A stretch of 32,717 nt of DNA, from the NCBI GenBank assembly GCA_030741455.1, contig JASLVI010000002.1:1-32717 (forward strand), given 5' to 3'. The stretch comes from Candidatus Poseidoniaceae archaeon. GTDB taxonomy: Archaea; Thermoplasmatota; Poseidoniia; Poseidoniales; Poseidoniaceae. Made by a program: the position numbers and the translations under genes. The notes under the pieces are model-generated. The model was given only the letters and a program-made list of their open reading frames with translations. It made no database searches and was not told where the DNA came from. Below are positions 17,052 through 25,404 of the stretch, piece after piece (position 1 is the stretch's first letter; each line of letters opens with the position of its first letter).

Positions 17052-18440
17052 ATGGCGGACGCAGGTTTTTGGGCAGTTTTCATCGTTTTTGGCGTATTGG
17101 CTATCGCAGCCTTTGGAATAATTTTGGTCGCAACACGCTACAAGCGTTGTGCTTCTGACGAAATTCTCGTTGTCTATGGTCGTATTCGTGGAGGCAAAGC
17201 ATCGAGATGTATACACGGTGGTGCCGTAATGGTTTGGCCATTGATTCAGGAATACAAGAAAATCTCACTTATCCCGATGACAATTTCGATTCCTCTTGAC
17301 AATGCTCTTTCTTTGCAAAACATTCGTATCAATGTTCCATCGACATTCACTGTTGGTGTAAGCACAAACCCGCTCATCATGAATAATGCAGCAGAGCGTC
17401 TGCTTCACCTTACAAAGAATGATATCGAGGGAATGGCACAAGAGATTATTCTCGGTCAACTCCGTTTGACGGTTGCAAGTTTGACCATCGAACAAATCAA
17501 CCAAGATCGTGACGCATTCCTCGAACTCATTCGTGACAACGTTGGTGCTGAACTTCACAAGTTGGGGCTTTTCCTCATCAACGTCAACATCATCGATATT
17601 ACTGACGAGTCCAACTACATCAACAGCATCGGTAAGAAAGCTGCTGCAGGCGCAGTCAACAAGGCACTCGTCGATGTTGCAAACGCTGAGCGTGATGGTG
17701 CAATCGGTAAGGCAAACGCAGACCGAGACCGAGAAGTTCAGGTCGCTCAAAACGTTGCTGAATCCGAGAAAGGAAAGAAGGCTGCAGAAGTCGACCGACG
17801 TGTTTTCGTTCAACAACAAGAAGCAACTGGTGTACAGGGAGAAAACCTGTCTCGTGCTGAGATTGCTTCGTATCAGGCTGACCTTGAAGAAAAGGAAGCT
17901 GAAGCAATGCGACGTGCTGAAGTTGCTCGGCGTACTGCTGAAATGGAAGTCCAAAAAGCACAATACAATCTTGAACAAGAGCGTCTTCGTGCTGAAGAAA
18001 TCGTTCGTGAAGAGATTTCTAAGACACAGATTGAAATTGCTGCAGAAGCAGAAGCAGAGCGCCAACGCCGTATCGCTCAAGGTGAGGCAGATGCAGTTCT
18101 AGCTCGATACAACGCCGAAGCAGAAGGTACCAAGGCGGTCCTTGAAGCAAAGGCGAATGGTTACAAGCAACTTGTTGCAAGTGCTGGCGGTGATGTCAAA
18201 GCCGCTGCAACGCTCCTCATGGTCGAGAAGATCGAAGAGATTGTTGCACGACAAACCGAAGCAATTGCTAACCTCCAAATCGACAAGATTACCGTTTGGG
18301 ATTCAGGCAGCGGTGGCGAAGGTGGAAGCACTGCGAACTTCGTTTCGTCGTTGATTCGGTCATTGCCTCCTGTACATGATGTAGCCAAGATGGCTGGTGT
18401 TGATCTACCAGACTATCTCGGCTCGATGAAGGAAGAATGA
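17052..18440 (+). CDS. Flotillin-like SPFH/band-7 protein.
   Basis: N-terminal TM FWAVFIVFGVLAIAAFGIILV, an SPFH core (VWPLIQEYKKISLIPMTISIPL...), then a long Glu/Ala/Arg-rich coiled coil (flotillin repeats) and a C-terminal assembly region. 462 aa. Confidence 0.9.
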   Translation: MADAGFWAVFIVFGVLAIAAFGIILVATRYKRCASDEILVVYGRIRGGKASRCIHGGAVMVWPLIQEYKKISLIPMTISIPLDNALSLQNIRINVPSTFTVGVSTNPLIMNNAAERLLHLTKNDIEGMAQEIILGQLRLTVASLTIEQINQDRDAFLELIRDNVGAELHKLGLFLINVNIIDITDESNYINSIGKKAAAGAVNKALVDVANAERDGAIGKANADRDREVQVAQNVAESEKGKKAAEVDRRVFVQQQEATGVQGENLSRAEIASYQADLEEKEAEAMRRAEVARRTAEMEVQKAQYNLEQERLRAEEIVREEISKTQIEIAAEAEAERQRRIAQGEADAVLARYNAEAEGTKAVLEAKANGYKQLVASAGGDVKAAATLLMVEKIEEIVARQTEAIANLQIDKITVWDSGSGGEGGSTANFVSSLIRSLPPVHDVAKMAGVDLPDYLGSMKEE

Positions 18441-18528
18441 AACCGTCAAATCAAAACTCATCGCAAAACGATGCGTTCTGCCCTCTATGAGGGGTTGATT
18501 TGAAAGCCAAATGTGTATGCAGCGGTTT

Positions 18529-20244
18529 ATGGCTAGTGATTTAGATATTGCACGAAAGGCGCAATTGGAACCAATTGAAACCATTGCTTGGAAATTGGGA
18601 ATCCCTTCCGGTGAGTTGATTCCATACGGGCAACACATGGCCAAGTTAACATGGGATGGGATGAAACAACGCTTTGATTCTACAAAGGGTAACCTCATAC
18701 TTGTCACATCCGTGAATCCTACACCATTTGGTGAAGGAAAGACTGTGACGACGATTGGACTGACACAGGCATTATGCCATATTGGTAAGAATGCAACCTG
18801 TGTTATTCGAGAACCTTCGATGGGACCTGTGTTTGGAATTAAGGGAGGTGCTGCCGGAGGTGGTCAATCTCAAGTTCTTCCCATGGAAGAAATCAATCTT
18901 CACTTTACAGGTGATCTCCATGCAGTTACATCTGCACACAACCTTCTCTCATCTTTAATCGATAATCACATCAAACATGGAAACGATTGCAATATCGATG
19001 CGAATCGAGTCTTTTGGCCCCGTGTGGTTGATCTTAACGATCGATCTCTACGAGAGGTTGTCATCGGTCTCGGTGGGCCAGCCAATGGAAATGTTCGACA
19101 AGATCGTTTTGATATTACTGCTGCCTCTGAAATCATGGCCATTCTCGTATTGGCAAAAGACTATGCAGATTTGCGAAAGAGGCTTGGCGAGATTGTCATC
19201 GCTGAATCAATGGAGGGCCACCCTATCAAGGCAGAACATATTGAGGCTGCAGGAGCGATGGCCTTACTTCTTCGAAATGCATTTTTGCCCAATCTTGTGC
19301 AGACGCTCGAGGGAAATCCAGCCTTCATTCACGGGGGACCGTTTGCGAACATTGCACACGGGAATTCGTCCATTGTTGCTGATCGAATCGCATTGTCATG
19401 CGCTGATTACGTGATTACTGAAGCAGGATTTGGCAGCGACATGGGCGCTGAGAAATTTATGCATATCAAAGCAAACACATCCGGAAAAGCACCTGATTGT
19501 GTGGTCATGAACGTTACAGTTCGTTCAATGAAATTACACGGCAAGGCCTTTGGAGAACGTGGAGGTTACCGTCCTTCGAAAGAAGAACTTGAGACAGAAA
19601 ATGTTCAAGCAGTCGTAGCAGGGGCTTCATCAAACCTTGATCGCCACATCAAAAATATGGCACGATTTGGTATTCCTGTTGTTGTCTCAATCAATCAATT
19701 TGCTAGCGATACTGAAGCAGAACTTGATGCGATTGAAGCAGCAGCACGCACCAGTGGTGCTGTTCGGGTCTGTAGGACTGAAGTTCATGCCAAAGGAGGA
19801 GAAGGAGGTGCTGATCTTGCACATGCAGTTGTTGAAGCCATCCATGATCACGTTGCAGCAGGACGCCCGTTCCTTCCCCTCGTCGCTCCAAATGATTCTG
19901 TTGAAGACAAAGTCAAAGCAATTGCAACTCGGATGTATGGAGCAAGCAGTGTACAAATCGAGACCGCAGCAAAACGGCAACTCAAGAAAATCGTAGATTG
20001 GGGTTATGGACATCTTCCCGTTTGTATGGCGAAGACGCAGTACTCATTCTCACATGATGCTGGAATGCTTGGTGCTCCATCGGGCTTTGAGCTTCCAATT
20101 CGTGAATTCAGATTGAATGCTGGCGCAGGTTTTGTAGTCGCTATTCTTGGTTCAATGATGACCATGCCAGGACTGCCGAAGCGACCTGCTGCAAACGACA
20201 TGGACATGGATGATGACGGCCATCTCAAGGGTGTCTTTGGGTGA
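18529..20244 (+). CDS. fhs: Formate--tetrahydrofolate ligase.
   Basis: Full-length FTHFS pattern: MASDLDIARKAQLEPI, the P-loop PTPFGEGKTVTTIGL, GGGQSQVLPMEEINLHFTGD, GGPFANIAHG and the C-terminal AKTQYSFSHD block. 571 aa from ATG 18529. Confidence 0.93.
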   Translation: MASDLDIARKAQLEPIETIAWKLGIPSGELIPYGQHMAKLTWDGMKQRFDSTKGNLILVTSVNPTPFGEGKTVTTIGLTQALCHIGKNATCVIREPSMGPVFGIKGGAAGGGQSQVLPMEEINLHFTGDLHAVTSAHNLLSSLIDNHIKHGNDCNIDANRVFWPRVVDLNDRSLREVVIGLGGPANGNVRQDRFDITAASEIMAILVLAKDYADLRKRLGEIVIAESMEGHPIKAEHIEAAGAMALLLRNAFLPNLVQTLEGNPAFIHGGPFANIAHGNSSIVADRIALSCADYVITEAGFGSDMGAEKFMHIKANTSGKAPDCVVMNVTVRSMKLHGKAFGERGGYRPSKEELETENVQAVVAGASSNLDRHIKNMARFGIPVVVSINQFASDTEAELDAIEAAARTSGAVRVCRTEVHAKGGEGGADLAHAVVEAIHDHVAAGRPFLPLVAPNDSVEDKVKAIATRMYGASSVQIETAAKRQLKKIVDWGYGHLPVCMAKTQYSFSHDAGMLGAPSGFELPIREFRLNAGAGFVVAILGSMMTMPGLPKRPAANDMDMDDDGHLKGVFG

Positions 20245-20250
20245 AGGTCA

Positions 20251-21315
20251 ATGCAAATATTGCAACAAGGTGAGAACCTTTGGAAACTTCGGATTGAATC
20301 TGAAGAGGATTTGTGGGTTCTTGCCCGGCTTGCATCAAAAGGACGCAGCCTCGCCATGCTTGGTGAGCGCAGAGATAGCACGACAGCTGAATCAGGGTCA
20401 AGAGCAAAAGCGGCTGAGCGGAAGAAAATGTGGATTCAGTTGAAGGTCCTCAATACGGAATATAAGACGTATTCAGATATCCTTCGTATCCATGGTACAA
20501 TAGAACAAGCTCCCATTGATATTGGATCACATCATACACACTTGATTGAATCTGGTGATGAAATTGAATTGGAATCATCGACACCATTTCCTGATTTTGA
20601 CATTGCATTGCTCAGCGATGCTGTAGATTCATCCAACAAGAGCAATGTTTCACTCATCGTCGTCGAAAACGATGAAATCATCTTGTTTGAAATCACCTCA
20701 AGAGGATTACGTGAAGGAGCAACATGGACGATGCGCGGAGGAGGTAAACGCGGTGATGCCCGCAACAGTGAAGCGGTTTTCCAATCCTTTCAGAAACAAG
20801 TATGCAAAGAAATACTTGCAGCGACGAATGAAACGTTACCGATGATTCTATGCGGGCCGGGTCATGCTCGTGAGAAGTTGAGAACGGCGATTCTCGATAC
20901 GCAGCCAGAACGTGCGATTCGGATGATTGCAACATCCATGGCTGGGCGTGCTGGAGCGAATGAAGTCCTTCGTGAAGGCTTAGCAGACGAGTTCCTGGAA
21001 GATTATGCCATCCAAAAAGAAATGAAGTTGCTTGAAGAAGTATGGATGCGAATCAGTTCCAATGGCGCGGTCGCCTATGGAGAACAAGCCCTCATTCGAG
21101 CTATGACGGAAGGGGCTATCGAAACATTGCTGGTCGCAGTGGATGTATTGCGGGATCACGAAAGACAACTTGATGGCCAATTACTCAGCGAATGGGTACG
21201 TGGCTTGGACGCTATTGGAGGCCATCTCATTCAATGTTCAACAGATCACGATGGTGGCGAACAACTTCTTGGCTTAGGTGGAGTTGTAGCGCTTCTTCGA
21301 TACAAGATGGTGTAG
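20251..21315 (+). CDS. pelA: Pelota (Dom34) mRNA surveillance / ribosome rescue factor.
   Basis: The N-terminus MQILQQGENLWKLRIESEEDLWVLARL and LRIHGTI...SHHTH are Pelota hallmarks, followed by eRF1-like central and C-terminal domains. 354 aa. It starts 6 nt after the fhs stop. Confidence 0.9.
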   Translation: MQILQQGENLWKLRIESEEDLWVLARLASKGRSLAMLGERRDSTTAESGSRAKAAERKKMWIQLKVLNTEYKTYSDILRIHGTIEQAPIDIGSHHTHLIESGDEIELESSTPFPDFDIALLSDAVDSSNKSNVSLIVVENDEIILFEITSRGLREGATWTMRGGGKRGDARNSEAVFQSFQKQVCKEILAATNETLPMILCGPGHAREKLRTAILDTQPERAIRMIATSMAGRAGANEVLREGLADEFLEDYAIQKEMKLLEEVWMRISSNGAVAYGEQALIRAMTEGAIETLLVAVDVLRDHERQLDGQLLSEWVRGLDAIGGHLIQCSTDHDGGEQLLGLGGVVALLRYKMV

Positions 21316-21318
21316 CGT

Positions 21319-21624
21319 ATGAAGGTCGTTCGATTTTCAAATCTTGGCACAAATGTTCGCGAAGCAATGCAAGGTGCAAGATGGATTCTTCTTGACCAGC
21401 ATGATATCCAAAATGCATTATCTGCGCTTATGTTTGCAGAACTTGACGGGGTATTGGTAGCCGTCGATCATAGAAAATCAACACCTGACAACGGGCTTTG
21501 GCGACGAGCAGTACATCTGCTTCTCGTTTCTGGACAGGAAGATGCTGAAGAGATCCGCCAAAAAAGTGGTATTACGATGGTAATTTCAAGCGATGATGCC
21601 GCACTTGAGGATTACCTATGGTAA
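21319..21624 (+). CDS. Hypothetical 101-aa protein with an alternating beta/alpha (Rossmann- or flavodoxin-like) pattern.
   Basis: The ATG lies 3 nt after the pelota stop. The composition looks normal, with hydrophobic strands VVRF, WILLD, VLVAV, HLLLV and TMVIS. I recognise no family. Confidence 0.55.
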   Translation: MKVVRFSNLGTNVREAMQGARWILLDQHDIQNALSALMFAELDGVLVAVDHRKSTPDNGLWRRAVHLLLVSGQEDAEEIRQKSGITMVISSDDAALEDYLW

Positions 21625-21698
21625 TGGGTCCGGAGGGAATTGAACCCTCGATCTTCGCCTTGTAAGGGCGACGTCATAAACCCCTAGACCACAGACCC
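21625..21698 (-). tRNA. tRNA-Val (anticodon TAC), no intron, CCA not encoded.
   Basis: The reverse complement folds as acceptor GGGTCTG/CGGACCC, D arm GTCT-AGGGGTTTA-TGAC, anticodon arm TCGCC-CTTACAA-GGCGA, variable loop AGATC, T arm GAGGG-TTCAATT-CCCTC and discriminator A. 74 nt. Confidence 0.92.
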
Positions 21699-21719
21699 AA
21701 CCCTCCGTCGATGGAGTCG

Positions 21720-21728
21720 TATTTGAAA
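21720..21728 (-). promoter_or_regulatory. Candidate TATA-like box TTTCAAATA for tRNA-Val.
   Basis: On the minus strand it starts 30 nt upstream of the tRNA 5' end (21698). Motif and spacing match those of tRNA-Met. Confidence 0.5.
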
Positions 21729-21748
21729 CGCTTGGCTTTCCAATAACC

Positions 21749-21755
21749 TCAAAAT
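21749..21755 (+). promoter_or_regulatory. Candidate TATA-like box (C)TCAAAAT for the CinA-like gene.
   Basis: 30 nt upstream of ATG 21779, which supports that start over the TTG at 21758. Confidence 0.4.
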
Positions 21756-21778
21756 GGTTGCCAAACCACGAAGGTTCA

Positions 21779-22480
21779 ATGGACGAAGAGGCACAAGCCG
21801 CTGCGGCCCGTTTGGTACGCCGACTGAAAGATGGGTACACCATTACCATTGCAGAATCCTGTACTGGCGGCCTACTTGCGAGTACACTCACCGATATTGC
21901 AGGTGCAAGCAAGTGGTTTAATCAATCGTGGGTCACGTATTCGTATGATGCTAAGATTCGTGAATTGGATGTTGATCCAAAAACGCTTGAAAAGCGAGGA
22001 GCGGTTTCAGCAGAAGTTGCCATACAAATGGCCCAAGGAGCCCGAGAAAGAGCGAATGCTGATATTGCCCTTTCCATCACTGGAATCGCTGGTCCGAGCA
22101 ACGATGGTACAAACAAGAAGGTCGGCTTAGTCTACGTAGGTATTGCATCTCGAACTTGGGCGAACGCTGAAGCGACGCAAATAGGCGGTAATCGGCAGGA
22201 GAACAAGGAAGGATTCGTTCACTTCGCTTTGTTAACAGCTATCCGTCATTGGGACCAAGCGATGGAACTCGCTGAAAAGACGCTACAGGATGAAATGAAA
22301 CAAAGAGAAGAAGAAGCCAAATTGAAGGCTCTTGAAGAGATTGCACGCAACCAAAGAGCTGCTGCGGCTGCTCTTGACTCCGGTTGGCAGTCACAATCAT
22401 GGTCAGATTCAAATCGAGGTTCGAACAACGATAATCTTGGAACAGATGTTGAATGGGACAAAGATTCAGCAAACGAATGA
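21779..22480 (+). CDS. CinA C-terminal domain / PncC-like nicotinamide-nucleotide amidohydrolase family protein with a charged C-terminal extension.
   Basis: Core motif block TIAESCTGGLLASTLTDIAGASKWFNQSWVTYSYDAKIRELDV...GAVSAEVAIQMAQGA...ADIALSITGIAGP. About 70 additional coiled-coil or low-complexity residues follow at the C-terminus. Confidence 0.85.
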   Translation: MDEEAQAAAARLVRRLKDGYTITIAESCTGGLLASTLTDIAGASKWFNQSWVTYSYDAKIRELDVDPKTLEKRGAVSAEVAIQMAQGARERANADIALSITGIAGPSNDGTNKKVGLVYVGIASRTWANAEATQIGGNRQENKEGFVHFALLTAIRHWDQAMELAEKTLQDEMKQREEEAKLKALEEIARNQRAAAAALDSGWQSQSWSDSNRGSNNDNLGTDVEWDKDSANE

Positions 22481-22519
22481 ACATGAACCCTTTTGGAGGG
22501 TCGTCCCCCATTGACACAT

Positions 22520-24100
22520 ATGACTGCGGAATGGGGCTCAATTTCGCAGGAATTAATGAAACGAGGAATCCTCGTCACCACTGGTGTAAAAGAAAAATTG
22601 TTGAACCTAGAACATCCACTACGAGTTCTTGATCGAGGTCCTGAAATTGGGTTTTCTCGCGGAATGCTTACCATTGATCTTCTTGAGAAAATGATGGCTG
22701 CTACGACATCGGACGTTCCCGTTGAGGACGAGAAATTGAGTCAACCAATTGGACGAACAATCGCTCCAATTAAGGAGCCCGAACCTGTGAACATCCAGTT
22801 CCGAAACAACCTACCCGATTGGAGTGAAAAGGACTTTTCAGGTATTGCAACCGATGTTGATAACGATATTCTGATTCATTACGACATTACGGGAAATAGT
22901 ACGACAGAAGGAAAGATGAGCCATATTCAAGCATGCTTCAATGATCGTCTGGATAGCATTCGGAAAATGATTGTGAAAAATTCACGGTTACCCCGGAAGC
23001 CGCAAGAAATTGGTCGATTAAATGTCGAATATCGGCGATATCATGGCTATGAAAATCTAGCTGTCGCCATAGGACTCGTTAATGAACCTCGCCATACCAA
23101 GAATGGCCATCTGATGTTTGGCCTGGAGGATGAAACAGGAGAGATGAATTGTTTGTTGACCATTCGTAAGGGAGATGACCGGGATCGAATGCACGAGCAA
23201 GTAGTTGAAGCAGGATTGATGCCAGATGATGTTCTTGGTGTCAGTGGTTCTTTTTCGCAAACAGGTGACATATTCTATGTTGATGACTTGTTTTTCCCAA
23301 TGAAGGACAGACATGAGAAACAAAGTGCCGATATTGGAGTGAGTGTCGCATTCTTATCCGATATTCACGTCGGTTCGAAGACATTCCTTGAAGCACAATG
23401 GCATAAGATGGTTCGATGGTTTCATACAGATCCCCTTGCAAAGACGATCAAGTATCTGATTTTGAGTGGTGATTGCGTCGATGGAGTAGGAATTTATCCT
23501 GGACAGGATAAGGAACTTGCCATACCTGATTTATTTGGACAATATACTGAATTTGCTCGACTTTTGGAGTTATTACCTGATTGGGTCGAATGTGTCATGT
23601 TACCTGGAAATCATGATGCAGTTCGCCCAGCTGAACCTCAACCGACTTTTGAGAAGGATATTCAGCAGGATTACAACAAAACGACCTTTGTTGGAAATCC
23701 GTGTGATTTCTCATTGCATGATGTTCGTTTGCTTTCCTACCATGGAAAGTCAATCGATGATTTCGTTGCTGGTTTGCGAACAGTAACGTATTCAGAACCT
23801 GTTGAAGCGATGCGCCAAATGCTCAGAAGGAGACATTTAGCTCCACAATGGGGGGGTAAAACACCATTATCTCCAGAAATTGAAGATGGCTTAGTCATTC
23901 GGGAAGTACCTGATATCTTCGTTACTGGCCACGTGCATGGCCATGCGTGTCTCGATTTCAGAGGTACAACACTGGTTTGTTCTTCGACATGGCAGGATCA
24001 AACATCTTACCAGAAGATGCTAGGTTTCCAACCCAAACCATGTATGCTCACGATTGTGAATCTTCAATCACACAAGTCTACATCAATTCCCTTCGCTTGA
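22520..24100 (+). CDS. polD1: DNA polymerase II (PolD) small subunit DP1.
   Basis: An OB-fold region is followed by calcineurin-like phosphoesterase motifs FLSDIHVGS, LILSGDCVDGVGIYPGQ, LPGNHDA and TGHVHG. 526 aa from ATG 22520; a TTG at 22493 is an alternative start. Confidence 0.92.
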   Translation: MTAEWGSISQELMKRGILVTTGVKEKLLNLEHPLRVLDRGPEIGFSRGMLTIDLLEKMMAATTSDVPVEDEKLSQPIGRTIAPIKEPEPVNIQFRNNLPDWSEKDFSGIATDVDNDILIHYDITGNSTTEGKMSHIQACFNDRLDSIRKMIVKNSRLPRKPQEIGRLNVEYRRYHGYENLAVAIGLVNEPRHTKNGHLMFGLEDETGEMNCLLTIRKGDDRDRMHEQVVEAGLMPDDVLGVSGSFSQTGDIFYVDDLFFPMKDRHEKQSADIGVSVAFLSDIHVGSKTFLEAQWHKMVRWFHTDPLAKTIKYLILSGDCVDGVGIYPGQDKELAIPDLFGQYTEFARLLELLPDWVECVMLPGNHDAVRPAEPQPTFEKDIQQDYNKTTFVGNPCDFSLHDVRLLSYHGKSIDDFVAGLRTVTYSEPVEAMRQMLRRRHLAPQWGGKTPLSPEIEDGLVIREVPDIFVTGHVHGHACLDFRGTTLVCSSTWQDQTSYQKMLGFQPKPCMLTIVNLQSHKSTSIPFA

Positions 24101-24763
24101 GGGGAGTTGAATGTATTCGAGAATCTTTGAGAGATCTTTCTCAGTGACTACAGGAACCTCTGCATTGGTGAATGCATCAAATGATGAGGAACGACTTGGA
24201 TTGAATCCAATGAAATGACTTCCATCAATCATCATGGAAAGATCCATCTCTGAATCGCCGACTGAAACAATTTCATCTGGAGAAAAGCCATGCATCTCCA
24301 TCAGCCGATGGATAACTTTGCCTTTCCCGCTCGCATGGAGACGACAGATACCATCATCGCTAAGATATCCATCTGAATCGAATTCAAAACCATTCGCAAT
24401 CCAATCATCGACCTTCAACATCGCAGCAATGCTACTGACAAATAGGTCAACACCTGCACTCACAATAGCCACATAGACGCCAGCGTCCTGAAGATGCTTC
24501 ACCGTTTCACGAGTACCCTTCATCAAAGCGACTCCGGAGTACATCCGAAACAATTCATCCTTGTGAATGGGATCACGGATTGCTTTCCACATCGCAATAT
24601 CTGAACGCATGAATTCAACATCGGTTAATTCACCAGCAATGAATCTCATGAGATTCTTGCTGTTGTCCGTTCCGAAAGCATCGTGCAAGGTCTTCCATGA
24701 GCTTACTGAGTCAACGAGGACTCCATCGCAATCGAAGACTACACATCGACATGGGCTGGTCAT
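24083..24763 (-). CDS. HAD-superfamily hydrolase, phosphoserine-phosphatase-like (subfamily IB).
   Basis: Motif I VVFDCDGVLVD, motif II AIVSAGV, and motifs III/IV K...VGDSEMDLSMM. 226 aa. Its 3' end overlaps polD1 convergently by 18 nt. Confidence 0.8.
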   Translation of the reverse strand: MTSPCRCVVFDCDGVLVDSVSSWKTLHDAFGTDNSKNLMRFIAGELTDVEFMRSDIAMWKAIRDPIHKDELFRMYSGVALMKGTRETVKHLQDAGVYVAIVSAGVDLFVSSIAAMLKVDDWIANGFEFDSDGYLSDDGICRLHASGKGKVIHRLMEMHGFSPDEIVSVGDSEMDLSMMIDGSHFIGFNPSRSSSFDAFTNAEVPVVTEKDLSKILEYIQLPSSEGN

Positions 24764-24815
24764 GACCTGCCCTACTCATACATGCTTGAAAGCATTCGCT
24801 TCAGGCCAGAAGATT

Positions 24816-24842
24816 GGGCCGGTGGTTCAAGCCCACCGGCCC
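24816..24842. terminator. Perfect 10-bp GC-rich hairpin (GGGCCGGTGG-TTCAAGC-CCACCGGCCC) between the giant gene stop and the HAD gene start.
   Basis: Read directly. It begins 29 nt downstream of the giant-gene stop (24871) on the minus strand. No oligo-T tract follows, so a terminator role is only inferred. Confidence 0.45.
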
Positions 24843-24870
24843 ATCAACTGTTCTCAGTCGTTCCTTCGCT

Positions 24871-25404
24871 TCAAACAACCTTGTTGAATTCAAGGTCTTG
24901 GTATGCCTTGATGACAGATCCATCACCAGGTCCTGGCTGGTAGGTGATTCGGATGGTAGCATCCGTCAACGCCTGACCGTCAGGAGCGTGGGTTCGTACG
25001 AAGATTTGGTCACCGATTCCGAAGGTAGATTCCTTGAATGAACCTTCATTTTCGACCTTGTCAACGAATGATACGAACGCATCACTGTTTGATGGGTTAA
25101 ATCCATACACATTGCTCGTGTTTGAGAGCAATGTGGCATACGAAGTTCGAACACCATCTGTGTTGGTATAGAGAACCGTTACAGTAACGGCTGCAGTAGC
25201 CAACTCAGCTTCTGTTTGATCAACTGTGATTTGCCAGTATCCATCTACTGTACCAAGTTCCTTGTTCTCGATGTCAAAGGTGACTCGAGGAACACCCAAC
25301 TTGCCTGTCTCTGCGAGGGAAGAAGCCCAAACATAGATCACACCAGAGAGGACGACAGTGATTGCAACCATGAGGATGGTCGCAATAACTGGGCTGACTG
25401 CCAT
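24871..25404 (-). other. Archaeal type IV pilin-like module (class III signal peptide / Pilin_N, formerly DUF1628-type), 177 aa, in frame with the giant ORF; possibly a separate gene.
   Basis: Internal ATG at 25404, then AVSPVIATILMVAITVVLSGVIYVWASSL. This is the hallmark hydrophobic N-terminus of archaeal pilin-like proteins. A ~150-aa beta-rich domain follows, carrying AFVSFVD...FGIGDQIFV, which is typical of that family. Confidence 0.75.

Noticed and set aside
16647-17216. 189-aa minus-strand ORF.
   Set aside because: It is antisense to the NfeD-like gene and the flotillin start, is Cys-rich and has no motif. The sense-strand genes have clear family signatures.
17265-18102. 271-aa minus-strand and 197-aa plus-strand alternative-frame ORFs inside the flotillin gene.
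   Set aside because: They are artefacts of the GAA/GCA-rich coiled-coil coding region, which leaves the other frames stop-poor. Their translations are low-complexity Ser/Leu/Phe/Cys or Lys/Leu strings.
21616-21912. 98-aa minus-strand ORF.
   Set aside because: It reads through the tRNA-Val gene and the CinA-like start region, so it is spurious.
24816-24842. Hairpin interpreted as a tRNA gene fragment or integrase att-site remnant.
   Set aside because: In a real tRNA 3' fragment, the bases 5' of the T-stem (variable loop) would not be perfectly complementary to the acceptor 3' strand. No integrase, direct repeat partner or mobile-element genes are present in the window.
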